From an uncultured virus (IMG/VR IMGVR_UViG_3300044609_001498) (taxonomy: Duplodnaviria; Heunggongvirae; Uroviricota; Caudoviricetes), in the IMG/VR virus record IMGVR_UViG_3300044609_001498: 20,000 nucleotides of DNA, one strand, 5' to 3'. Positions 7,374 through 16,006 of this stretch are shown here, one piece after another (position 1 is the first letter of the stretch; each line of letters starts with the position of its first letter). Under the pieces are notes generated by a model. The model saw only the letters and a program-made list of their open reading frames with translations, had not been told where the DNA came from and made no database searches. A program made the translations under genes and the position numbers.

Positions 7374-8737
7374 TTGTTATTGTTATTAGAAGTTTCTTTG
7401 ATTTTCTTTTCAAGTTCTTTCAAGTCCTTTTTATACATTTCAGTAATATCAGACTTTTTCATTAATTCAAGTTCAGATTCTTTGTCTGTAACTTGTTTTA
7501 GAAGCTCTTCGTACTTTTCTAAAGTTAGAGAGTAGATTGGCATTCCAATCAAATATTGAAAACTTCCATCTACTTTATCAAATTTCATTTTTTCTAAAGT
7601 AGCTATAAGATCTTCTCTCTTTACTTTATTAACTTTGATCTTTTCTTCTAAAATACCCTTAATGAAGCGAGCTCTATTAGAAAGAATCATAAGTTCTCTT
7701 TCTATTTGTTCTATAAAATAGTCTTTTCTTTTCTGATAGTAACCCAATCTAAGATTAACAAAATAAGAAACTATCTCTTTTGCATTATTGAAGATTTTTA
7801 GCTTTCCTTGTTCGTCTATCACTGTAAGATTTTCGGTATCTCTTTCTTGCATTTTAAGAACTTCTGCAAGTTTTCCCTTGTCAATAAGTTCTTGAAGAGT
7901 TGCTCTGCTAAACTTTAGAGTGTAATTTATATCGTTAGAACAATTATCTTCATAACTAGATATGATATGTTTTTCTAAGAGATTATTAAGATGATTCTCG
8001 TATTTCTCATAGGTAAAGCTAGGAATAAGTTCTGTAATTTCTACAGTGGTAGTATTTTTAACTTCAAAAGAACCTTTGATATACCAGGTGCTTTCTCCTT
8101 CTTCGGCTTTTTCATAAGTTCCTCTAAAATTAGAACGCCAGGGAGGTAAGTCTTTTAACTTCTTTCCTTCTAGAACGCTAAGACATGCTTGAATAATATC
8201 AAGAGGATTTCGATTAAAAATATTAGTAGAAAATCCAACTGCAATTCCCGAACTTCCGTTTAGAAGAACAGTAGGAACGATCGGCAGAAAAAAACGGGGT
8301 TCTATTTCTTCTCCATCTTCATATCTTTTTTCTAAAAGTTCAAAATCTTTATATAAAAGTCTGAAATTAGGATGTAGTTTAGCACCAATATATCTAGGAG
8401 CTCCAGCTTCTGGACTTCTTAAAGAACCAAATTGACCGATCCCGTGTAAGAGTGGCATACTATTTTTAAAGGTTTGTGCCAAGTTTACCAGAGCAGATTC
8501 CAATGATGCATTCCCGTGGTGATACATTGTAGTTGCAGCTACATTACCAGCCAATTGAAAAAGCTTCATAGGCTTTTCATTTCCTGTTTTCCAAATCCGG
8601 TTAGCTGCATAAATAATCTTTCTCTGCGATGGCTTTAGACCATCTATCACGGAGGGAATAGCTCGACTTTCAACTACGTATTTAGCGTAATCTAAATATT
8701 CTCTATCGAAAAAATCTTCTACTGTTCTTTTCATCAA
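7370..8737 (-). CDS. Type II DNA topoisomerase, breakage-reunion subunit (T4 gp52/GyrA-like)
   Basis: RAIPSVIDGLKPSQRK, YHHG, active-site APRYI and LLNGSSGIAVGFST. Confidence 0.96.
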   Translation of the reverse strand: MMKRTVEDFFDREYLDYAKYVVESRAIPSVIDGLKPSQRKIIYAANRIWKTGNEKPMKLFQLAGNVAATTMYHHGNASLESALVNLAQTFKNSMPLLHGIGQFGSLRSPEAGAPRYIGAKLHPNFRLLYKDFELLEKRYEDGEEIEPRFFLPIVPTVLLNGSSGIAVGFSTNIFNRNPLDIIQACLSVLEGKKLKDLPPWRSNFRGTYEKAEEGESTWYIKGSFEVKNTTTVEITELIPSFTYEKYENHLNNLLEKHIISSYEDNCSNDINYTLKFSRATLQELIDKGKLAEVLKMQERDTENLTVIDEQGKLKIFNNAKEIVSYFVNLRLGYYQKRKDYFIEQIERELMILSNRARFIKGILEEKIKVNKVKREDLIATLEKMKFDKVDGSFQYLIGMPIYSLTLEKYEELLKQVTDKESELELMKKSDITEMYKKDLKELEKKIKETSNNNNK

Positions 8738-10674
8738 AATAAACTAATGCTTTTCTTTTCTTTCTTTTCAGGTTCTTTCTTCTCTGCCTTTGGCTTAGAA
8801 GGAGTTGGCTCTGGTTCTAATTCCTCGATAGGTTCGGGAGAAGTTCCTAATATTTTATATTTTCTAGGTTGAGAATCACCACCAAACCAAGTAGAAAATA
8901 CACCTTTAAAATTCTTTCCTTTTTCTACCACGAAATATCTCGGGTTTCTGATGATCTCTTCATATTCATCATTTTCCAAAGAAGCTAAACCCTTTTTATA
9001 TTCAATATCCCAGGAGTTGGTATTTGTCTTTTTACTCCAAGTATCAAATTCTTCTTGTGTATAAAAACTAAAGGTCTCTTTTTTGTTTTTAGCAACTAGT
9101 AGAGGAGTTTCTACTTTGCATATTCTTTCTTCTTCAAAAAGTTCAGGCCAATATTTGGCAAAGAAATTCATTAAAAGACCTGCAATACTCATTCCATCAT
9201 GATCTTGATCGGTGTAGATTAAAATCTTTCCATATCTTAAATCCTTTGGAGATTCCCCCATTTTCAAACCAATAGAAGCAAGTAGATTCTTTACTTCTTG
9301 GTTTTGAATCACCTTTGTGTTAGGTACTTCCATTACATTAATGAACTTACCTCGTAGCGGAAATGCACCTTGATACTGCGGATTTCTATATTGTCTAAAT
9401 GCAGAACTTGCAGAGTCGCCTTCAAATATCGAAAGAGTGCATTTTTCTCTGTCTTTAGATTTAGCATCAATCAATTTGATGATTTTTGCTTTATCGAGAT
9501 TTTTGTTTAGAGCTCTGAGTTGTTTTCTTTCTTCTGCTAGCTGTTTTTGTTCTATCCAATCTAAAAGAGACTTAACAACCTCAGAAGTAAATACCTTTTT
9601 GACAAGGGCTTCTGTAACAGCATGTTCAGTTCCGAATTCTTTATATTCAGTAATCAGCTTTTCCTTTGTCTGAGATGAAAATGAACTATTAATTACGGTA
9701 GAATCGATGAACAAGAACATGTGATTCTTAATCTCCGAAGGCTTTACTTCAACTTTATACTTCTTTTTGATTTTTTCTCTTAAAGAATTACAGATTTGCC
9801 AGAAGATATATTCAACATGAGTACCTCCGTCTTTTGTTTCTACTGAATTTACGAATGATACTGATTGAAATCCCTGCCCGGAATGACCTACTCCGATTTT
9901 CCAGTTCTCTGATTCTTCATAGAAGATTTCAGAAACATACATTTCTGAATATTCTTTAAAAGACTTAAATTGAAATACTTCTCCGTCGAAAGTTATTTTG
10001 AGCTTGTTGTTACATGCTGCAATATCGCAAGCTCGTTTTCTCATTAATTGGTATGAAATTTCATCAATTCCATCCATTCCAGAAAATCTGGAAAAATCAG
10101 GAGAATAAAATATTTCAGTGTAGCCTCTTTTCTTATTAGAAACTTTAGGTTCGTTTCTGCGATGCATGTTATCGTAGAAATCTTGCACATATTCTTTACT
10201 ACCATCACAAGTTGAAACTCTGAAATGATTAGAAAAGATATTTGTAAGAGTTGCCCCTACTCCATTAGTACCAGCAACTGTCCTATCTTCTGAATCGTCA
10301 AAGTTTGATCCTGTTTTCAGATTTGAAAAAATCAATTCTGGAATCCACTCATCATATTCCTTATGCTTTTGAACCGGAATTCCTCCGTTATCTGTAATTG
10401 AGATAGTACCGCCTTCTCTGTCTACTTTAACTTCAATCTGATTTAGCTTTGGATTTCTTTTATGTTCATCTACTGAGTTAGAGATAATTTCATCAAAAAT
10501 CTTTAAAAAAGCTGGATTGTAACTGACTTTTTGTGTTTCAAAGTTTCTACTTTCATTTAAAAGATAAATTTCACCCTCGTGTTGTTTTACCGAGCCGATA
10601 TACATACCTGGCCTTAAGAGGACGTGCTCTATGTCTGTAAGTTTTCTATATTTCTGTTCTACCGCCTTAGCCAT
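8734..10674 (-). CDS. Type II DNA topoisomerase, ATPase/TOPRIM subunit (gp39+60-like, unsplit)
   Basis: EHVLLRPGMYIGS, EIISNSVDE, DNGGIP, GTNGVGA, EGDSA, PLRGK, TDQDHDG and YKKGL. Confidence 0.96.
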   Translation of the reverse strand: MAKAVEQKYRKLTDIEHVLLRPGMYIGSVKQHEGEIYLLNESRNFETQKVSYNPAFLKIFDEIISNSVDEHKRNPKLNQIEVKVDREGGTISITDNGGIPVQKHKEYDEWIPELIFSNLKTGSNFDDSEDRTVAGTNGVGATLTNIFSNHFRVSTCDGSKEYVQDFYDNMHRRNEPKVSNKKRGYTEIFYSPDFSRFSGMDGIDEISYQLMRKRACDIAACNNKLKITFDGEVFQFKSFKEYSEMYVSEIFYEESENWKIGVGHSGQGFQSVSFVNSVETKDGGTHVEYIFWQICNSLREKIKKKYKVEVKPSEIKNHMFLFIDSTVINSSFSSQTKEKLITEYKEFGTEHAVTEALVKKVFTSEVVKSLLDWIEQKQLAEERKQLRALNKNLDKAKIIKLIDAKSKDREKCTLSIFEGDSASSAFRQYRNPQYQGAFPLRGKFINVMEVPNTKVIQNQEVKNLLASIGLKMGESPKDLRYGKILIYTDQDHDGMSIAGLLMNFFAKYWPELFEEERICKVETPLLVAKNKKETFSFYTQEEFDTWSKKTNTNSWDIEYKKGLASLENDEYEEIIRNPRYFVVEKGKNFKGVFSTWFGGDSQPRKYKILGTSPEPIEELEPEPTPSKPKAEKKEPEKKEKKSISLF

Positions 10675-10694
10675 TAGACACTATTAATTTACTT

Positions 10695-10720
10695 TTATAT
10701 GAAAGTTAGACAATAAGTTT
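10695..10720 (-). promoter_or_regulatory. Candidate phage promoter AAAC-N16-ATATAA upstream of topoisomerase
   Basis: Minus strand reads AAAC-TTATTGTCTAACTTTC-ATATAA in the intergenic gap, with spacing identical to 4577-4602. Confidence 0.45.
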
Positions 10721-11490
10721 TAGGCTTTTGCCTCTGCTTGCATTTTTTTAAATAATTTTCCGGCGATGATTCGAGTTTCTTGCGGAAAATTATCTGATCT
10801 ACTCATCCATTCTAGATAACCTGAATCATATTCAAAAACTTCTTTAACTTCTTTTCCGAAATATTTTCCAAAGTTATAGATTATTTTTCCTTCTTTGAGT
10901 TTGAATTTTCCACCTAAATCTGCAAGTGTTTCTCTTTCAATTGAAAGATTATCTATCATTTCTATCGAATCTAAAGAATAAACTTCTTTCTGCTTTTCGA
11001 AAATTTCTATAGTTGCTTCAATATCACTTTGAGCACTGTGAGCATTCTCCAAAATCTTTCCAGTAAATTTGGTATAAGTTGCTTCGAGAGTTCGAGGTTC
11101 CATTTTAGAATAAATCGAAAATGCATCAACTATTTTAACTTCTCTGTAGTTATAAGTAATTCCAGCTCTTAAGAGTTCTTCGACTAAAATAGGTAGATCA
11201 AATTTGGTTACATTATAACCTCCAATATCACAGCCTGAAATAAAACTGAATACTTCTACTCCCAAATATGAAAATGTATCTTCATCTAATAGAATTTCAT
11301 CTTCAATCCCATGTTTTCCTAGAGCACCTTCTGAAGATTTTCTTCCTTCTGGATTAAATCTAGATTTCCACATTTTCCTTTCACCGTCTGGCATAAGCTT
11401 AATCATACACAGTTCAATGATTCTGTCTTTGGCAATGTCTAGACCTGTAGTCTCTACATCGAAAAATACGATGGGTCTTTCTAAGTTCAT
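10720..11490 (-). CDS. DEDDh 3'-5' exonuclease (DNA pol III epsilon-like) with a C-terminal FGKY domain
   Basis: FFDVETTG (ExoI), GYNVTKFD (ExoII), AHSAQSD (ExoIII), and C-terminal NFGKYFGK....DSGYLEW. Confidence 0.9.
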   Translation of the reverse strand: MNLERPIVFFDVETTGLDIAKDRIIELCMIKLMPDGERKMWKSRFNPEGRKSSEGALGKHGIEDEILLDEDTFSYLGVEVFSFISGCDIGGYNVTKFDLPILVEELLRAGITYNYREVKIVDAFSIYSKMEPRTLEATYTKFTGKILENAHSAQSDIEATIEIFEKQKEVYSLDSIEMIDNLSIERETLADLGGKFKLKEGKIIYNFGKYFGKEVKEVFEYDSGYLEWMSRSDNFPQETRIIAGKLFKKMQAEAKA

Positions 11491-11622
11491 ATTACAATAT
11501 AAACAAGAAAAATGAGAAGAAAAAATTATCCAAAAAATTAAATAGATGATGACTGCTTAACGCAAATAAATCTTTAATATGGTATTATAATAGATTAAGA
11601 TCTATCATTAGAGTTAAACAGA

Positions 11623-14472
11623 TTATTCGCTGCTTAACCTACCTACTACCCCTAATGATCTACCCGTATTTGGATCAGTTATAATTACTTTCATCTGTCC
11701 CATAGACTGTGCTATTCTATTTGCTAACATAATCATGCTTGCTTCTGAAATTTCAGTAGCTTTAGATGAACCACCGCCGGTTTCAATATTAATAAGAGAG
11801 CTACTCTTTTCCTTTTCAAGATCGATAAGCTTATCAACTAATCCTTTAACTGCTTCAAAACTTTGAGAAATTCCAGGTTGATTGAATTTCTGCATGATCT
11901 TCAACTGATCATTAAGTGCAGTCATTTTAGCTACATTAACGCCGTTAACAGCATCAATATAGTCTTCCATTGATTCTGCGATATCTTCAAAAGTTCTTGC
12001 AATTTTTTGGAGAGGACTTTGCTGAGATACAATTTTAGATATGAAGTCATTCATACCTTTCATACCTAAAACAATCTCGTCGATTACGGTAACGGGTCTT
12101 CCGCTGCCCCCTATTAGACCACTAATGAATCCGGGTGATTTTGCATTTCCTACAAAAACACTTGCATACTGACTTGCAATATTCTTAAACTGATCGAACT
12201 CATTTTTGGCATAAGAAGTTTGATCTCCTAATTCTTCCATTGCATCGTGTAGATACTCAGTAGAATCTGTCAATGCTTCTATTAACTTAGATGGAGGTAA
12301 AAAGTTTGTAGCAGCATTTGAATTTACAGATTGAATGAAAGCTATCATCTGTGTAGTTGCGCTACCCAGAGAAGAATTTATAGAAGTAAGAGGGCCTGAA
12401 AATGCTTTAACTGCATTTGCGAGAGCAGATACCGCTTTAGCTGCGAAGTCGACATTTTTTCCTTGTGCAGCTAGAGTCAAAATAGCATTATACGGACTTA
12501 CTGCTTTAGATCCTTCTTCTTTCATTCCTCCTCCACCGAATAAAAAATCGCTAACTTTACCGATTCCGCTAGATACAAATCCAGCCACGGCAGTTCCTGC
12601 TGATGCAACTCCACTAGCTAATCCACCACCCGCGATTGCAGCTGAAACTGCTGCAATACCAGCAGCCAAAGAAACGAGGCCTCCCCCAAGTGCTATTAAA
12701 TTGACCGGACCGACTTCTGCAAGTTTAACTACAAAATTAGTAATAGCAGTAAAGAATGATACCATTCCATTAATGATAGCTCCAGCTAATTTACTAAATA
12801 AATCAATCATTTTAGAACCAAAATAATAAATTGCATCAGTTGCTTTATAAATCAATCCGCCAGGTTCAAATAAACTAGATGGGAGCAGTGTAAAAATCCA
12901 AGCTACTCCTACAATAGCTAAAGCAGAAAGAAGAACTGCAAGTATACCAAACCCGAATACTGCAGGCGTTAATGTCGTCATCAATAATCCTAAGCCTGCC
13001 AACAATACTCCCATAATTCCTAAGCCTACCGCTGCACCTAATGTGAATTCTATACTAGGAGCTCTAAGTTCGTCTGGAAGATAACTAAATATCCAAGAAA
13101 CTGCTAGAATAACTCCTGCTATAGCTACAGCCGCCAATACAGTTTTGATAATATCTCCATATTGCATAGTTGCGGTTACTTTAGAAAGGAGAGCAAAACC
13201 TATTCCAAAAATAGCTACAGCTAATCCAGCGCCTAGAGAAAATTCTATACTAGGATATTTCATTGCATCTGGAAGATACTGAAACAAGAAAGCAGTTGCT
13301 AAAATTATTCCGGCTATTGCTATCATCGACAGAGCTACCAAAGCCACAGTTTTTAAAGAAAGATCTTTGGTGTATTTAGATATCATAATAAAACCAAAAG
13401 TAAAGAGTGCTAGAGAAAGTCCTGCTTTAGCTGCAAAGAGTAAATCAGGAGCATTTTCCGGTCCTACTTGTGGTAATGCCTTAAAAATATATGCAGTAGC
13501 TACAATAGAAGCTGCAATTACTATCATCGCTATTCCTGCTATTACTATATCTTTTAAAGCTAATCCTTGATCTTTTAAAGCCTTTAACAGGGCATACATA
13601 CCAAAACTAAAGGCAAGTACGGCTAGACCAGATCCTGCTGCCCATAGTAAATTAGGAGCTTGTTCAGGTCCGACTTGTGGTAATGCCATAAAAATATATG
13701 CAGTTGCTACAACAACTCCTGCTATAATTACCATGAGCAAACCTGCATTTAGAGCAGTTTTAGTGTCTAGTGGATTTCCTTGCAATGACTTTAGTAAAAG
13801 GGAAAGTGAAAAACTAAACGCAAGTATTGCGAATCCAGAAGCTAATACCCACATGGGGTTTGGTGCATTTTGCGGAGAAAGACCGCCTAAGAAAGCAGCG
13901 GCTGCAAAAATTGCACCTACTGCAACAATGGCTCCAGCCACTACTACCATTAAAAGTCCCGTATTTAGAATGTCCTTTTTGGTAACTCCATCTTCTGCGA
14001 AGCCTTTTGATATTTCAGCAAAAGCAAAAGATGTAATGCCTACTACTGCGATAAAAGGTAAAAATTTCAGAACATCTAAAGGAGTTACTATTGCATTAAT
14101 TGCTGCGATAGCACCCGCGAAGATTATTAAAGCTCCTGCAATTAATGCTAAACTCTTTGCAGTTTCGCCAAAATTTGAAGCTGCTGCAACTATTTTTTCT
14201 TTGGCTGACTTCCCTTCAGTTACGCCAGAATCTGATTTTTTATCTTTAGAAGATGACTGAAGAATAGCTTTAATCTCGCGTAAAACTTTGTTTGAGTCTT
14301 TGGCAACTTCAAGTTGTTTTCTATCAACTTCTACGCTCCCAATCGCTATCTGTTCAATGCGTTTTACACTTTGATTTGTGTCCTTTGAAAGGACTTCTAT
14401 TTTCTCCATCACACCAAGTATTGCAGCTTGTTGTTCAAGAGCCTTTTTTTCGTATCCTTTATCGAGAGCCAA
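11623..14472 (-). CDS. Tape-measure-like tail protein with repeated hydrophobic helices
   Basis: 949 aa, A/G/I/L-rich with roughly 65-70-aa periodic repeats and helical ends. It lies directly after the chaperone-like pair, downstream of sheath and tube. TTG start. Confidence 0.7.
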   Translation of the reverse strand: MALDKGYEKKALEQQAAILGVMEKIEVLSKDTNQSVKRIEQIAIGSVEVDRKQLEVAKDSNKVLREIKAILQSSSKDKKSDSGVTEGKSAKEKIVAAASNFGETAKSLALIAGALIIFAGAIAAINAIVTPLDVLKFLPFIAVVGITSFAFAEISKGFAEDGVTKKDILNTGLLMVVVAGAIVAVGAIFAAAAFLGGLSPQNAPNPMWVLASGFAILAFSFSLSLLLKSLQGNPLDTKTALNAGLLMVIIAGVVVATAYIFMALPQVGPEQAPNLLWAAGSGLAVLAFSFGMYALLKALKDQGLALKDIVIAGIAMIVIAASIVATAYIFKALPQVGPENAPDLLFAAKAGLSLALFTFGFIMISKYTKDLSLKTVALVALSMIAIAGIILATAFLFQYLPDAMKYPSIEFSLGAGLAVAIFGIGFALLSKVTATMQYGDIIKTVLAAVAIAGVILAVSWIFSYLPDELRAPSIEFTLGAAVGLGIMGVLLAGLGLLMTTLTPAVFGFGILAVLLSALAIVGVAWIFTLLPSSLFEPGGLIYKATDAIYYFGSKMIDLFSKLAGAIINGMVSFFTAITNFVVKLAEVGPVNLIALGGGLVSLAAGIAAVSAAIAGGGLASGVASAGTAVAGFVSSGIGKVSDFLFGGGGMKEEGSKAVSPYNAILTLAAQGKNVDFAAKAVSALANAVKAFSGPLTSINSSLGSATTQMIAFIQSVNSNAATNFLPPSKLIEALTDSTEYLHDAMEELGDQTSYAKNEFDQFKNIASQYASVFVGNAKSPGFISGLIGGSGRPVTVIDEIVLGMKGMNDFISKIVSQQSPLQKIARTFEDIAESMEDYIDAVNGVNVAKMTALNDQLKIMQKFNQPGISQSFEAVKGLVDKLIDLEKEKSSSLINIETGGGSSKATEISEASMIMLANRIAQSMGQMKVIITDPNTGRSLGVVGRLSSE
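13460..13712. repeat. Imperfect direct repeat of about 46 bp (207-nt offset) within the tape-measure-like gene
   Basis: ggtcctacttgtggtaatgccttaaaaatatatgcagtagctacaa (13460-13505) versus ggtccgacttgtggtaatgccataaaaatatatgcagttgctacaa (13667-13712). It encodes VATAYIFxALPQVGP twice. Confidence 0.85.
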
Positions 14473-14490
14473 CCTTCAAAGATGTTTTTT

Positions 14491-14498
14491 TATATATT
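14491..14498 (-). promoter_or_regulatory. Candidate late-promoter motif AATATATA upstream of the tape measure gene
   Basis: A related GATATATA occurs upstream of the 15956 ORF. It resembles the compact single-box T4-type late promoter (TATAAATA). Confidence 0.35.
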
Positions 14499-14736
14499 AG
14501 AATTTAGGTCTACTAAATTTAGGCATTTTAAGTCCGCTTGTCATATTTTTAGCCATTCCCATATATTTACCTACGTCACCTCCACTAGAATCTTGTTGCT
14601 GGCCATAAGCTTTTCTCTCAGCATCATTCTTCTGTTTAAGCAATTCGGATAATTCTTTCATAGTTATTTCAAACTCATAGAAAGGGAGGTTCTCTATTTC
14701 ACTAGGCTGAAGCCTGATGTGGTAATAGAGAGCCAC
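14497..14736 (-). CDS. gp51-like baseplate hub / tail assembly chaperone C-terminal ORF (frame actually open from 14805)
   Basis: (SLENYFKAKV)ALYYHIRLQPSEIENLPFYEFE resembles the T4-like gp51 family pattern (SLENYY...H..SL.EIEN.xPWE). It overlaps the end of the gp26-like gene. Confidence 0.6.
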   Translation of the reverse strand: MALYYHIRLQPSEIENLPFYEFEITMKELSELLKQKNDAERKAYGQQQDSSGGDVGKYMGMAKNMTSGLKMPKFSRPKF

Positions 14737-14743
14737 CTTTGCT

Positions 14744-15727
14744 TTAAAGTAGTTCTCCAGAGAGATCTGAAATAACGAAAAGACCTTTGATGCCTCCGGG
14801 AAAGGTTATCGGCACTGTGACCTCCCCGTCACAGTTTCCACACTGACATGTTAGCTCTTGTTTGACTCCGACTCTTATTTTTTCTGCAAGTCTATATACT
14901 GTTGAATATTTGTTGGCTGACCATCCGTTAAATTCAACATTTGCGTTAAAGATTCCGTTTTTATCAAAACCTCTCCAATCTCTTTGTAGATAAGGTAAGA
15001 GTTGCAGGAATGACTTATCCCAATTTTCTTTCTTCTCTTCCTTTTCTTTAATATATTCAGTGACTGTTCTCATCACCCCGATTGTAGGAGGAGCCATTAC
15101 AATAGTTCCTGATGACTTTGTTTCAAATTTAAACGCTCTATATTCCTCATCATAGTACTTATCGTACTCATCTGTATTATAATACTGTAGAATATTAGTT
15201 CTCAATTCATAAGAATTATCATTCTTACAATTGTTACATTTGGCATTGATCATAAGCCGGTTTTCGCCGGTAGCAAAAGTTAATTCTCTAATAGACAAGA
15301 TAATAAAAAGTCTGTCTTCTTCTAGAATATCTTTATGACTACCTCTTCTTCCGCCATATTCAATTCTACAACAAGAATTCAAGATTGAATTCAGTTTTTC
15401 ATCTACATCAAGAATACTATTTTCATCCATTGTAGAGAATTCTCTAATTTCTAGAACTCTTGCAGCTCTAATTGAAATTCTCATATCATTACGATAAAAT
15501 CTTCCCTTTGATGGGAGATTAGTCATTAAAAGATTAATGTAACCGATTCTTTCGTTAACTTCTTTAAGCTCCTCTTCTTTATCTCTGATGTGAGAAGTTA
15601 CTCTACCGAGTTTAGGTTCGGGTGCTTCAGTTTCCTGTACATATTCGGCATCATATTGCACAGGTGAGCTTTCCAATTCTTCAATCTCTTTCTTTAGAGA
15701 TTCTTTGTAATCGTTATTGTTTTCCAT
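14744..15727 (-). CDS. gp26-like baseplate hub / tail assembly chaperone protein with two CxxC motifs
   Basis: LPSKG, DRLFIILSIRELT, CNNC, PPTIG and CGNC near the C-terminus match the T4 gp26-like family layout. It lies between the tube and tape measure genes. Confidence 0.7.
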   Translation of the reverse strand: MENNNDYKESLKKEIEELESSPVQYDAEYVQETEAPEPKLGRVTSHIRDKEEELKEVNERIGYINLLMTNLPSKGRFYRNDMRISIRAARVLEIREFSTMDENSILDVDEKLNSILNSCCRIEYGGRRGSHKDILEEDRLFIILSIRELTFATGENRLMINAKCNNCKNDNSYELRTNILQYYNTDEYDKYYDEEYRAFKFETKSSGTIVMAPPTIGVMRTVTEYIKEKEEKKENWDKSFLQLLPYLQRDWRGFDKNGIFNANVEFNGWSANKYSTVYRLAEKIRVGVKQELTCQCGNCDGEVTVPITFPGGIKGLFVISDLSGELL

Positions 15728-15956
15728 TTTCGTGATAGTTACTGATTATTTGTTTTACTTTATCCCCAACAAAACTTTTTTGTTCTGGGTAATTTTCTTC
15801 AATATCTCTTTTTATAAGTTCTCTTATATAAAAAGAAGCCGGCACTGGTTTTTCTCCCGTTTCCATAGACCTGGCTGCAATTATAGTATTTAAAGCCCGA
15901 AGATCGTTTTTGGAAAGCAAAACCTGTAGCTTTTCAGTTAGGGTTTCTTTCTGCAT
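15714..15956 (-). CDS. Small putative ribbon-helix-helix DNA-binding protein
   Basis: KLQVLLS (strand), NDLRALNTIIAARS (helix), ASFYIRELIKRDIE (helix): an RHH-like pattern. Confidence 0.5.
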   Translation of the reverse strand: MQKETLTEKLQVLLSKNDLRALNTIIAARSMETGEKPVPASFYIRELIKRDIEENYPEQKSFVGDKVKQIISNYHENGKQ

Positions 15957-15960
15957 ATAT

Positions 15961-15984
15961 TATTAGATTATTAGATTATATATC
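15961..15984 (-). promoter_or_regulatory. GATATATA motif followed by an 8-bp tandem repeat upstream of the RHH-like ORF
   Basis: The plus strand has TATTAGAT-TATTAGAT-TAT (15961-15979) overlapping TATATATC (15977-15984). Confidence 0.4.
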
Positions 15985-16006
15985 TAACTGAATGCAAATT
16001 TTTTTG

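Noticed and set aside
6544..9673. Plus-strand ORFs 6544-6840 and 9437-9673
   Set aside because: Antisense to the IMPDH/GMPR and topoisomerase genes, with no recognisable motifs.
8734..10674. T4 gene 60-style ribosomal bypass, intron or intein in topoisomerase
   Set aside because: ATPase and TOPRIM motifs are contiguous in one frame of normal length.
11590..11605. Hairpin ATAGAT-TAAG-ATCTAT in the gap between the tail and replication modules
   Set aside because: Short AT-rich stem without a clear U-tract; easily arises by chance. No tRNA or ncRNA is recognisable in this gap.
13460..13712. Direct repeats as a CRISPR array or DGR template/variable pair
   Set aside because: Only two in-frame copies within a coding repeat, with no spacer array and no cas or reverse transcriptase gene in the window.
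12335..14652. Several plus-strand ORFs up to 175 aa
   Set aside because: Mirror frames of the Ala/Gly/Ile-rich tape measure gene and its neighbour; this codon bias suppresses antisense stops.
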